A DNA stretch of 64,000 nt, from positions 14,534-78,533 of the forward strand of contig PLZX01000060.1 of NCBI GenBank assembly GCA_003152325.1, in the 5' to 3' direction. The notes beneath the pieces were generated by a model that saw nothing but the letters and a program-made list of their open reading frames with translations, was not told the origin of the DNA and made no database searches. This document shows positions 1 to 8,761 of the stretch, piece after piece. Every line of letters begins with the position of its first letter. The first letter of the stretch is position 1. Position numbers and translations under genes: made by a program. Source of the DNA: Bryobacterales bacterium (GTDB lineage Bacteria > Acidobacteriota > Terriglobia > Bryobacterales > Bryobacteraceae).

Positions 1-596
1 CGCGCCAGAATCGAACGTCCGAAAAGACCAATGGCGACCGCCATAATGACCCCCGCGAGCACCAAGGCGGATACCCACAGCGTTTTCCGGTCCGAAGAGG
101 CTATCACCGTAATCGCGCGCACCTTGGCAGCGAGCGGTGGCGCCGTAGCCTGATGGTCCGCCGCCATTTCCGAGCCAACCCGAGCGGGGACGATCAACTC
201 CACAGCCGGAGGCCTGAACTTGGGAATATACGAGCCCGAAGTCACGTCAATCCGGATCTCGCCTTCGTGCCCGGACTCGTGATAGTATTGCGCGATGCGC
301 TTGCGAACCTCCACTGCGGAGGTGCGCACAATCGGGTCGTCGTTGGTATCGTAAGTTGGTTTGCGCCCGAAGACGGCTACGCCAATCGCGCGCTCTTTCA
401 GGTACTCTCCGCGCCCCTCAATGGCTTCCGTGACGATGTATTTCAGCAGTGGTCCACAACGTTTGCTGTGCTTGAACAGAGTGCTCGCCAGAATTCGGTT
501 GAGTTGCTCGATTACAGCATTCCGGTTAACCGTCGTCTCCAAGGGCTGAGGCGCGGTCTCGTAGTTACCCCTAGCGAGAGAAACCGGCTCCGACAT
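1..596 (-). CDS. ToxR/CadC-like membrane-anchored regulator, N-terminal part only (C-terminus lies beyond window start); paralog of 22619..23893
   Basis: Hand translation of minus strand from ATG 596..594: MSEPVSLARGNYET...LFKHSKRCGPLLKYIVTEAIEGRGEYLKERAIGVAVFGRKPTYDTNDDPIVRTSAVEVRKRIAQYYHESGHEGEIRIDVTSGSYIPKF, then hydrophobic WVSALVLAGVIMAVAIGLF. Frame stays open to position 1. Aligns block by block with the 424-aa ORF at 22619..23893. Absent from the ORF track, probably because the window edge truncates it. Confidence 0.6.
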   Translation of the reverse strand, partial: MSEPVSLARGNYETAPQPLETTVNRNAVIEQLNRILASTLFKHSKRCGPLLKYIVTEAIEGRGEYLKERAIGVAVFGRKPTYDTNDDPIVRTSAVEVRKRIAQYYHESGHEGEIRIDVTSGSYIPKFRPPAVELIVPARVGSEMAADHQATAPPLAAKVRAITVIASSDRKTLWVSALVLAGVIMAVAIGLFGRSILA

Positions 597-822
597 GGCA
601 AACCTCTGTTGTGAACCCTCAGCTTAGCAGACGTACACTCACCCGTGTTCAACAGTGCCAAGATGCCCGCCAACTGTTTGATAGCAAATGGCTTACTATC
701 AGCAATACCGTACCGCACCTGTAGCGCTGGTGGCACGCCTGCTACATCTGGATTGTCGAGCGTATTTGAAGGTCGGGTTTCTTCTTCAGGTTCTCCGCGA
801 ACGGGAACTTGGATGATCTGGT

Positions 823-2124
823 ATGCGTCTGTGGCTACTTATCGCCGTTCTTGCGTATGAGTGCCTGAGTATTCTGGGCATCAGTTGGTACCTGTCCAGA
901 AAGCACGGCACCGCCGAGACTTTCCTCTTCGCCAACCGCAACCTTTCCTGGCCCACCCTGGCAATCACCATGGCCTTGACGGTTCTGGGAACACCGCACA
1001 TCCTGGGAATGTTCGAACAGACTTGGGACCTCGGCGCGGTCAGTCTTTGGTTCTCGTTTGCCCACGTCATTCTATTGGTCCTGGCCTGCGTGGCCACCGG
1101 GCGCTGGGTCCGGCGGCTGAACGTTTCTTCCATGCCGGAAGTGGTCCACCTCCTATTCGGCCCTGAGACCCGGCTCATCGCCTGCTGCGTGCTGATCCCG
1201 CTGGTTTGGGGAATCACCACGCTTGAACTGCAAGGCATGGGCATCATTCTCGCACTGCTCACCGGCTCCTCCATCCAGCATGGCGTCTTGATCGGCGCCG
1301 TGCTCGGCATGCTCTACGTCGTGCTTGCCGGCCTGCAGGAGATTGCCGCGCTGAACATCATCAACGCGGTGGTGAAGTATGCTGGGGTCATCATGGCTAC
1401 GGTGTGGTTGACGTTCCGTCTGCCCAAAGGCTGGGCCGGCGTCAGCCAGTATTACAAGGACGCCGGGCAGCCTCACATGCTGAGCATCTTCGGAACTTCG
1501 GAAACTCTCTTCTCCTATGGAATCGGCGTGGTGATCGCAACTTGTGTCTGCCAGGGGATCAGCCAGCAACTGTTGCAACCCGCCATGGCCGCGCGCGACG
1601 AAGAGACCGTCATGAAAGCCATGTGGCCCGCCACCATCATCAACGGTATGTTCGCGGTATTCACGGTGGCCATGGGCCTGGCGGCCAAGAGCATCCCCGA
1701 ATTTCGCCGGCTGGGACCAAAGATGGCAGCGCCGGCGATGCTGGCCACCTATCTGCCGGCCTGGCTGGTCGCAATGGTCCTGGCCGTGTTCCTGGGGTCG
1801 ATCCTCTCGGCCTTTTCCATGACCGTGCTCGCGCCGGCCACCATGTTCACCAGGGACATCTACATCAATCTGTTCAACCCGAAAGCCTCTCCCGCCACCG
1901 AAAAGCGTGTGGCCCGCGTCGCCATCGCCACGCTCATCCTGATGGCGGCGTCGATTGCCACCGTCCTGCCGCCCATCGTCGCGGCCATCAATTGGCTTTT
2001 TGCGTGGTCGGCGCCGGTGTTCGTAATGATCATCATAGGCCTGTTCTGGAAGCGTTCCACCAACTGCCGCGATTGCCACTTTCTTCGCAGCGTGGATCGT
2101 AAATATCGCCTGGTCATTCACTAG
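823..2124 (+). CDS. sodium:solute symporter (SSF) family transporter; apparent +1 frameshift near 2039-2062, with TM-like C-terminus continuing in another frame to 2275
   Basis: 433-aa ORF with many hydrophobic segments and an SSF-like N-terminus (FLFANRNLSWPTLAITMALTVLG). The last ~20 aa (NCRDCHFLRSVDRKYRLVIH) are not membrane-like. The +1 frame reads PTAAIATFFAAWIVNIAWSFTSLPAQLGLQIFAHSNAYATLAVSLVVGSALTAMIEGKPGYFKQISWIGTH to TAA 2273..2275. Confidence 0.75.
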   Translation: MRLWLLIAVLAYECLSILGISWYLSRKHGTAETFLFANRNLSWPTLAITMALTVLGTPHILGMFEQTWDLGAVSLWFSFAHVILLVLACVATGRWVRRLNVSSMPEVVHLLFGPETRLIACCVLIPLVWGITTLELQGMGIILALLTGSSIQHGVLIGAVLGMLYVVLAGLQEIAALNIINAVVKYAGVIMATVWLTFRLPKGWAGVSQYYKDAGQPHMLSIFGTSETLFSYGIGVVIATCVCQGISQQLLQPAMAARDEETVMKAMWPATIINGMFAVFTVAMGLAAKSIPEFRRLGPKMAAPAMLATYLPAWLVAMVLAVFLGSILSAFSMTVLAPATMFTRDIYINLFNPKASPATEKRVARVAIATLILMAASIATVLPPIVAAINWLFAWSAPVFVMIIIGLFWKRSTNCRDCHFLRSVDRKYRLVIH

Positions 2125-2276
2125 CCTGCCAGCCCAACTGGGGCTGCAGATCTTTGCGCATTCCAACGCATACGCCACTTTGGCGGTTTCTCTTGTCGTG
2201 GGATCCGCCCTGACGGCGATGATCGAGGGCAAACCGGGTTACTTCAAACAGATCAGCTGGATAGGGACACACTAAG

Positions 2277-2402
2277 ATGCTCTTCTGGAGACTGTTCTTC
2301 TCAGCGCTGGCGATCATCATTGCGGCCAACATTGTTGGCCAGATCATCATCAGCGCCGTCAGGCGAAGGCATCGAAGGGAGAGTTCAGAGAATCATGATT
2401 GA
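2277..2402 (+). CDS. possible 41-aa single-TM mini-protein
   Basis: Hand-translated: MLFWRLFFSALAIIIAANIVGQIIISAVRRRHRRESSENHD. Its ATG lies 1 nt after the TAA of the shifted symporter frame. Hydrophobic helix followed by a basic tail. Confidence 0.25.
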   Translation: MLFWRLFFSALAIIIAANIVGQIIISAVRRRHRRESSENHD

Positions 2403-2508
2403 ATCCACTTGGATGCTCGGCATCATCGCCTTCATGCTGATTCTAGGCGTAGTCGCGCTAGCCGGAGCCAGAATCAGGGCGAAGAGAGCTGATAGCGCTC
2501 AGCGATAG
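2395..2508 (+). CDS. possible 37-aa single-TM mini-protein
   Basis: MIESTWMLGIIAFMLILGVVALAGARIRAKRADSAQR, an internal Met of track ORF 2320..2508. The ATG overlaps the previous mini-ORF stop (ATGATTGA). Confidence 0.25.
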   Translation: MIESTWMLGIIAFMLILGVVALAGARIRAKRADSAQR

Positions 2509-2939
2509 TTTAGTGTGAACGAGCGTCCCGCTAACCCTGAACAACCAGAAAGATTCCTCGGCACTCCTGCCGACGCCCGCGCCTCCTGGTTCATTCCCAA
2601 ACCCGAGTTCAATTCATTCTTCCTCCAGAATGAATCACTTGCCGCGAATCTCTTGCACCATGCGTCTGCTACTCTAAAGCCAGGTAGGAGGCGTGACAAG
2701 ATGCCGACCCGTCATCCTCCCGCCTCCAATAGCGCGGCCGGCCGCAAAACTTCGTGCGTCACGAAACCGCCTGCACAGAACCGCGACTTGTCGCACGAGC
2801 GTAAGCGAGTCGGCCCGGGGTTGGGATTGAATCCCCTCAGCCAAGTCAACCAGAACGCCCAAACCGCCGAAGCTGTGGCGGTCTGTATCGCATAACTGAT
2901 ATCAGTTGCAACAAATCACCGAGTCGATTCGTCGCGAAG

Positions 2940-3608
2940 CTATTTCGCTGGGCGGCCAAATACTTCGGCCTCGATGTAATGATTCAAATCGTTGACGTTG
3001 TTCCCGGCGCTATACAAACGGACGTAACGGGCAGTTACTCCCTTGGTGTCCACTAGCTTTCCCTCGTATGTCTCGATGTAATTCATGTTCTTGCCGGCGC
3101 CCTGCTTGGCTTTGTTTCCGGTATCGTTGTTGAACCACGTCTGGAGGTTCTTGGTGAAGGCTTCATTATCAGCCGTCTGGACCACGACGCAGAAGTATAC
3201 TCTGGGCTGAAAATAATGCCAGAAGAGAATTCCGTAGATCTCGTGTGCGGAGCCTAAGTCGATGGTGACAGATTGAACTCCGGGCCCCAGTTCGACATAA
3301 TTGCCATCAACTTGGGTCTTGTCGCCGTCAGTGACCATAGTCAGGTCGCCGACCACCGGATCCTTTTCGGTGCTGGTGACTTTCTTCCCCTTGGCAACAT
3401 TTGTCACGCCGGCGGGAGCCAGGAACGGCGCACGTTCCTTGGTGGCTACCTTCTCCAGATTCGGAATGCTCAGATTCGCGGGAGTGCCTTCGTAGCCGGG
3501 CTTCGGCAATTCAACGGGAACCGGCACCAGCTTGGGCGCCTGTGCGTAAAGGCTGACGGCACTCAAGCAGAGTGCCGCAAAAGCCAGGGATTTTGTCGTC
3601 AAGTTCAT
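2940..3608 (-). CDS. secreted F5/8 type C (discoidin)-like carbohydrate-binding domain protein
   Basis: Start moved to internal ATG 3608 (MNLTTKSLAFAALCLSAVSLYAQAP, a Sec-type signal). C-terminal VTIDLGSAHEIYGILFWHY...ARYVRLYSAGNN...YIEAEVFGRP is typical of discoidin domains. Confidence 0.7.
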   Translation of the reverse strand: MNLTTKSLAFAALCLSAVSLYAQAPKLVPVPVELPKPGYEGTPANLSIPNLEKVATKERAPFLAPAGVTNVAKGKKVTSTEKDPVVGDLTMVTDGDKTQVDGNYVELGPGVQSVTIDLGSAHEIYGILFWHYFQPRVYFCVVVQTADNEAFTKNLQTWFNNDTGNKAKQGAGKNMNYIETYEGKLVDTKGVTARYVRLYSAGNNVNDLNHYIEAEVFGRPAK

Positions 3609-3648
3609 AATGATCGATGTCCTTTCCTTCGCCACTTTTTCTTTCGCG

Positions 3649-4650
3649 TCACGGTACGTGGGAAACAGACTGCTTCCCGTTCTCATCTTCCTGACCCTGT
3701 TCAATAAGCCATGCCTCCAATCCGGGAACCCTGCGGCAGCAGTCTTCAATCTCACCGCGGCCCAGGATCATAAATGCTGTTGAGAATACTTCCGCCACCG
3801 CGGCCGGCCAATCACTCACTGGCGTGTCGCTGGCGCCTAGAATGCCGGCCCGGCGGCAGAACGGGACAAGCGCGTCGATGTCCGCTGCAACCCAGGTCGC
3901 CAGGCGAAGCGGAGCAGCCTGGCCTTCTCTGGGATTCCGAATATGATCACCCTTCCGCAAACCCGATGCGCTCAGAACTCTTTGCCTCGCGTGAAGGAGG
4001 TTGAAGCTCTCTCCTTGCACTTCATCCGGCACGGTCATGGTCAGCGGCCAGCCTTCCCAACCGGAGGGCGGGTTCATCGCCAGCACCGAGCTATAGCCGG
4101 CGTGCAGGATCACCTGGTGGATGTCCCAATCGACTAGCACTTCCGCCATGCGGTCCAGGGCGTAGCCCTTCCCGATGCCGCCGAGGTCGAGGCGGATGCC
4201 ATCGGTTCCGGCACGGACCAAAAAGTCGCGGGGCAAAAGCTCAAGCCGCTGCAGGCCAGTGCCGAGCGAAATATCAAAAGCTCCGCCAGTCTCGGCATGC
4301 GCGATCTGCGCCAGCAGCAGGCACTCCATGGTCCACCGGCTGACCCGAACAGTCTCGCCCGCCGCCAGATTATTGATGCGGGAAATATCGCTGTTCTCGA
4401 TGAAGCGGCTCAGTTCCTGCTCGAGCCGGTCGGCCAGTCCAAAGGACGCCCGCGCGGCCTGGCGTGCATATTCCGGATCCGGATGGGCGCAGAAGATTTC
4501 AAAGACGGTGGCCATCGCCTGGTGGGAGAAACAATGCAACGCCTCTTCCAGGGAAGCCTGCTGGTCATCAGGCACCTGTAGCGACAGCTTCCGGAGGTTC
4601 AAACCTGCGCGCGGATCCATGGCTTTCGCGAGGCTTATGGATTTTCCCAT
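3649..4650 (-). CDS. apbE: FAD:protein FMN transferase (ApbE family)
   Basis: 333-aa ORF with the ApbE hallmark LDLGGIGKGYALD and an N-terminal AMATVFEI block. No obvious signal peptide or lipobox. Alternative start at MDPRAG (4620). Confidence 0.85.
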   Translation of the reverse strand: MGKSISLAKAMDPRAGLNLRKLSLQVPDDQQASLEEALHCFSHQAMATVFEIFCAHPDPEYARQAARASFGLADRLEQELSRFIENSDISRINNLAAGETVRVSRWTMECLLLAQIAHAETGGAFDISLGTGLQRLELLPRDFLVRAGTDGIRLDLGGIGKGYALDRMAEVLVDWDIHQVILHAGYSSVLAMNPPSGWEGWPLTMTVPDEVQGESFNLLHARQRVLSASGLRKGDHIRNPREGQAAPLRLATWVAADIDALVPFCRRAGILGASDTPVSDWPAAVAEVFSTAFMILGRGEIEDCCRRVPGLEAWLIEQGQEDENGKQSVSHVP

Positions 4651-6215
4651 AGCGACCTCACGACATAGCCTCTCATTTCGACCTGCGGCCGTAACTCGAC
4701 GTACCGGTCGAACAGACTCACGTACATCTCACGCTGACCTGGAGGCGGCAGGTCATACAGTTTTCGAACGAGCGCGGGTTCCATCTCCGGGCTGATGAGA
4801 ACCACCGGCGTCATGGGCGCCGTATCGGACACGCCGTTCCACCATTGCACCGTAGAGAACTTTCGCAAGTACCACGGCAAGGGCCATAAGTTCTCACGGC
4901 TGATAATGCTGACCGGCAGCGATGCGCGACCTCCCGGGTAAGAGGATGCCAGGAGTTCGAGATCCCGAACCATCAGGTAGACATCCTTCCCCGTGTGGGC
5001 GTATACCCAGGGGTTGCGCGGATCAGAGCCAAAGGGGACACTGCTCTCCCAGGCCTCCCAGCCAAGATGCGCAAGACCCGCACACAGGACAGCAAGTATC
5101 ACCACCTGGAAGGAGCGCTTCTGGACTGCGCGGACCAGCGAAACCGCGCCAACGCCGCCCAGCAAAATCATTCCATGCAGGAAGCCGAGCAGGTTCCAGG
5201 GAGCTTTATAGGGAATTAAAGAATAGACCACGATCATCAGTAGGGAGTAAATGCCCAGGAAACGGATCACCAAAACATTTGCTCCCGGTACGCCGTCTTT
5301 GCGGAACGCGGCGCGGATACCGAACAGGGCGAGTACGGCAATCAGAGCCTCGGACCAGAACGGACCGCCGGGGACGTGATACAAGAGCAGAAGACTAAGG
5401 TAATAATTCCAGGGGTGGACGTGAAATGTATTGATTCCCGAACCTCGCGCAAAGTAAGTCCGGTAGGCGAGAACGGAATCGATCACTCCCTGCGGATGCG
5501 TGAAAAATGCGGACATCAGCGCAGCCCCAACCACCACGGCGCTGCCCAGCGCGATCGCCAGATGCTGCCCGCAAATCAACTTGCGGCCCGCCACCAGAGT
5601 GGTTTTTTCGATAAGGATCAGCATCACCGCGGCCAGCACCATGCAGCTCAGCGGAATGATCACGGTCTCTTTAGTCGCATACATGAGCCCCGCGCAAACA
5701 CCCGCGGCGCAGGCCCACAGCGCACTTTTTCGCTCGCAATATTTCAAGAACAGCAACAGAGTACCAAAGGTCAGAAACACCAGCAGCATTTCGTGAATGT
5801 AGTACCGGCTGTAATAGACCATGGCCGGCGACACAGCGGTCAATAGTGCTGTCAGCGCGGCGGCATACAAGCCGAAATACGGAATCAGGAAGAAGTGCGC
5901 GCCCACCAGGAGCACGCCTAAAATAGCCGCCACGGATCGCAGCGTGACTTCGTTCAGATCGACGTAACGAGTGATGCCTTGAATCCGCGCCGCAGCGAGA
6001 GTCAGGTAATAAAGCGTGGGGCCATGATAATCTGCAGTTGAGTATTCGTAGCGGCCACGTTCCAGGAGCAGGCCGAATTTGTCGCCATTCACTGCCTCAT
6101 CGCAGTGCATGGGCCGCTCGGCTAGAAGTGGAAAACGAAAAGCGGCAGCGACCAACATGAGGCCCACGAAGATCATCGACGTGCGGAAGGGACTCGGTAT
6201 TGCGGTTGGAGGCAT
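4635..6215 (-). CDS. GT-C fold membrane glycosyltransferase (GT39/ArnT/PMT-like, TIGR03663-like)
   Basis: 526-aa polytopic membrane protein. Asp-Glu pair in the first loop (PMHCDEAVNG) as in PMT/ArnT-type enzymes. Large hydrophobic core followed by a soluble C-terminal domain. Confidence 0.6.
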   Translation of the reverse strand: MPPTAIPSPFRTSMIFVGLMLVAAAFRFPLLAERPMHCDEAVNGDKFGLLLERGRYEYSTADYHGPTLYYLTLAAARIQGITRYVDLNEVTLRSVAAILGVLLVGAHFFLIPYFGLYAAALTALLTAVSPAMVYYSRYYIHEMLLVFLTFGTLLLFLKYCERKSALWACAAGVCAGLMYATKETVIIPLSCMVLAAVMLILIEKTTLVAGRKLICGQHLAIALGSAVVVGAALMSAFFTHPQGVIDSVLAYRTYFARGSGINTFHVHPWNYYLSLLLLYHVPGGPFWSEALIAVLALFGIRAAFRKDGVPGANVLVIRFLGIYSLLMIVVYSLIPYKAPWNLLGFLHGMILLGGVGAVSLVRAVQKRSFQVVILAVLCAGLAHLGWEAWESSVPFGSDPRNPWVYAHTGKDVYLMVRDLELLASSYPGGRASLPVSIISRENLWPLPWYLRKFSTVQWWNGVSDTAPMTPVVLISPEMEPALVRKLYDLPPPGQREMYVSLFDRYVELRPQVEMRGYVVRSLWENP

Positions 6216-6228
6216 TACATTAGACTGC

Positions 6229-6840
6229 TCAGTCTTGGGCCCGCACTCGCCAACTCACCAGAGCAAAGTACGCGAACAGCAATCCGGCCGCGGCCAACGG
6301 TAGCGCGCAGGAGCGGTGGATCAGGAACAGGGTCTGCTGTTCATCGGGACTTGGCAGAGGAAACATTGCCGCCAGAATGGAGACCATGGTCGGCACTGCC
6401 AACGCGACTGCGACCCAGAAAAAAATCTTTCGCAGCACCACAGCCCAGGCGCCGCCGGGCTCGGACGCTTCCGAACGCAGTCGCAAGCGTTTCCAATCCG
6501 CGGCCGTGAATTGGTTGCGGTGCGCCCAGAATATTGCGATCAGCGTGCCGGTAATCGCAAACATCGGCGCGGCGATCACGTGCGCCATGAGCCGGTAACC
6601 GCTCAGGCTGTTCTGCTCCGTGAGAACGGACAGAAAGCCGCTCCCCGCCACTGCCGCAAAGCAGGCAAGCCCGGCGAGATTGACCGAGACCCGTAGCAAT
6701 TTGAATAAGGGACTCGCCGTCCCTCGCTCGCGGAGGACCGCCTTTCGACGGAGCAGGATCCGGCAGACGGCGTCCACTGCGATGATCGCCAGGATCGCTA
6801 CCAGAACGTCAACGACCGCGGTTCGATACATAAATTTCAT
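6229..6840 (-). CDS. hypothetical polytopic membrane protein, translationally coupled to the multiheme cytochrome
   Basis: Start moved to ATG 6840 (MKFMYRTAVVDVLVAILAIIAV), which overlaps the cytochrome stop as ATGA. About 5-6 hydrophobic segments. Conserved-looking His residues in MAHVIAAP, FWAHRNQF, LIHRSC. Confidence 0.5.
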   Translation of the reverse strand: MKFMYRTAVVDVLVAILAIIAVDAVCRILLRRKAVLRERGTASPLFKLLRVSVNLAGLACFAAVAGSGFLSVLTEQNSLSGYRLMAHVIAAPMFAITGTLIAIFWAHRNQFTAADWKRLRLRSEASEPGGAWAVVLRKIFFWVAVALAVPTMVSILAAMFPLPSPDEQQTLFLIHRSCALPLAAAGLLFAYFALVSWRVRAQD

Positions 6841-8759
6841 TGCGTCCCGGCAACCTTCGCCGACAGGCCGACCAGGCCTTTCAAAACGAAGCCCAATATA
6901 AATAAGAACAACACCGCCGCTGCTCCCAAACCAATGATCTTGAGCCAGGGTCGGTAGATCCAAGAACTCGCCAGGCTGGACTGATAAGCAATATCCAGCT
7001 TCTTCTCAAAGCGATTCATCTTCCAGGGACGTTCGCCGCCGAGTGGCGAATCGACCGTGACATTTCCGAAAAAGATGGCTGCATCGCTGGAATGGCAATC
7101 CTGGCAACCGCGCGCGCCCAAGGCCTGCGAGGCCGGGCGGACATCATGACCGAGAGGCCACAAATACGGCTGGGCCTGTTGATGATCTTCGGACTTCAAC
7201 CGGCCCGCGGTATCCAGGCGCCGAAGTTTGCCGCCCGCGATATACACGGCAGCTCCTCGGCCCGCACTTTCCTGGTCAAGCACGCGAAGAACCTGCGTCA
7301 CCCAGGCGTCGTCGATCTTAGGCCAACTGCCATCGAGAGCCGGCTCGCGGTTCAGCTTGGCCACATCCAGAACACGTTTGACATCTTTCGGATTGAGTGG
7401 CTCTACCTGTTCCGATTTCAGTCTGCCCCAAAACGCCGGCCAGACCATCCGGTAAGGCGCGAGTCTTCCATCTGCCTCTTGCGCGAAAACGGGGTAATAG
7501 ATATGAGGCAGCGCTTCGGTCGCCTTGTTGACGTTGTGCTCACTGAGGCCATGCGCCAACCCGTTCTTCATGCGGTGGGTATCGGCGTCGGGCCAAGGCC
7601 CGGAATGGCAGGCCGTGCATGACAACTTTTCCAAGTGGAGAGGAGGGATGCCTCCGTGATCGGGATGGGGCGCGCCCAAACTGCGTCCCATTCCGGAATG
7701 CGGGCCAGTGGCCGTTCCCATATGGCAGCCGCGACAAGAGAGAGAAGCCGCAAACGCATCTTTGGCGGCAGGTTCCCCTTCGTATCCGCGAGTCATCGCA
7801 TGGTCGAGACCGTTGCGGTGGCATTGCACGCAGGTCATGCCGCGCGCCAGGTGAACATCCTCACTGGCTTCCCACCGGGAATTGCCGGTCTGCTCCACGT
7901 CGATATTGGTGTGGCAGTAATAGCAGCGGCTGGCCTTCACTTCCCTCACCACATCGAAAGCGACCTTGTCTCCCGGCAAGAAACGATTGCGCGCATAGTG
8001 CACAGTGGGAATGTCCGACTGCAAGGCGTCCTCTACCGAATTCGGCAGCAGGTAGTCGAAGAGGCTGGTCATCTGCTTCGTCGAACCGGTCATCATGGCG
8101 ATACTGGTGGCGGCCGTCGGCGCGTAGCGGAAATTCTCCATGGCGACCTGCCGGGCGTACTCCGCCTGATCGTAGGTGGGTGAGGCATCATGACAAGCCA
8201 GGCAGTTCACTTCGAGGTTGCCGGATACCTTCCAACGAGCTTCCTCGGCGTGATTGTCGCCGCCATCACTCATCAATCCGCCAGGCATTCGCCCGCCGAA
8301 GTGCAAGGCAAATTCCCTGACGCCCATCCCAAGTTGCGCCGGCCTGTAGGTTCCCGGCCACGAACGGTACGACAAAGGAATCTGCGTCGCGGTCGCTCCG
8401 TCGATCAAGAGCCATGGCTGACCCTTCCTACCGGCGGGGACTCCCGGCATCGTCGCATTGAAATGCCAGCCCCGGGTGATGGCCCGCACATCGTGGCAAT
8501 CGCCGCCGCATGTCTGGAGAGTCGAAAAAGGCAGCGGCCTGCGGTCGTCCGGCTGGATGGTATCGCCTTCGGGATCTCTCAGCGGAATGATATGGACTGG
8601 CTGCGCCAAACTGCCGGCTGGGTTATCACCAAGCAACACTTTGGGCGGCGCAGCCGGTTGAGGGGGAGCGGCGGGTTGTTTTCGGTCGCTCGAGGCGGCT
8701 GGGTGAGATACCACCACAGCGGCGGTCAGCAGAACCACGGCTAGGGAAATCCGTGACAT
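6837..8759 (-). CDS. multiheme c-type cytochrome (7 CxxCH), signal peptide and C-terminal TM anchor
   Basis: Seven heme-binding motifs: CGGDCH, CLACH, CYYCH, CVQCH, CRGCH, CTACH, CQDCH. N-terminal MSRISLAVVLLTAAVVVSHPAASS. C-terminal hydrophobic IIGLGAAAVLFLFILGFVL. Confidence 0.85.
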   Translation of the reverse strand: MSRISLAVVLLTAAVVVSHPAASSDRKQPAAPPQPAAPPKVLLGDNPAGSLAQPVHIIPLRDPEGDTIQPDDRRPLPFSTLQTCGGDCHDVRAITRGWHFNATMPGVPAGRKGQPWLLIDGATATQIPLSYRSWPGTYRPAQLGMGVREFALHFGGRMPGGLMSDGGDNHAEEARWKVSGNLEVNCLACHDASPTYDQAEYARQVAMENFRYAPTAATSIAMMTGSTKQMTSLFDYLLPNSVEDALQSDIPTVHYARNRFLPGDKVAFDVVREVKASRCYYCHTNIDVEQTGNSRWEASEDVHLARGMTCVQCHRNGLDHAMTRGYEGEPAAKDAFAASLSCRGCHMGTATGPHSGMGRSLGAPHPDHGGIPPLHLEKLSCTACHSGPWPDADTHRMKNGLAHGLSEHNVNKATEALPHIYYPVFAQEADGRLAPYRMVWPAFWGRLKSEQVEPLNPKDVKRVLDVAKLNREPALDGSWPKIDDAWVTQVLRVLDQESAGRGAAVYIAGGKLRRLDTAGRLKSEDHQQAQPYLWPLGHDVRPASQALGARGCQDCHSSDAAIFFGNVTVDSPLGGERPWKMNRFEKKLDIAYQSSLASSWIYRPWLKIIGLGAAAVLFLFILGFVLKGLVGLSAKVAGTQ

Positions 8760-8761
8760 CG

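Noticed and set aside
153-614. 153-aa + strand ORF at the window start
   Set aside because: It lies antisense to a much more convincing minus-strand reading frame, the ToxR-like paralog whose conserved domain aligns with 22619..23893. Its composition is R/N/L-rich with no recognisable motif.
1153-2232. 359-aa minus-strand ORF
   Set aside because: It lies antisense to the SSF symporter. It has the extreme Arg/Gly/His/Asp composition typical of shadow ORFs in high-GC DNA.
2811-2842. tRNA-like T-arm impression (ggggttgggattgaatcccctc)
   Set aside because: Only a 3-4 bp stem is possible. The loop ATTGAAT deviates from TTCRANY. No acceptor, D or anticodon arms could be built around it.
2515-2895. 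126-aa ORF in the gap after the symporter
   Set aside because: It is low-complexity, Pro/Ala/Arg-rich, and has no RBS or motif. I treat the region as non-coding. The 14-bp perfect palindrome AACTGATATCAGTT at 2894..2907 is real, but I could not interpret it. It might be a weak terminator for the discoidin gene.
6837-8759. The cytochrome as the ApbE flavinylation target, via IDGATATQ
   Set aside because: The residue before G-A-T is Asp rather than the usual Ser/Thr, and no FMN-bind-like domain is evident. I kept it only as a weak remark inside the operon finding.
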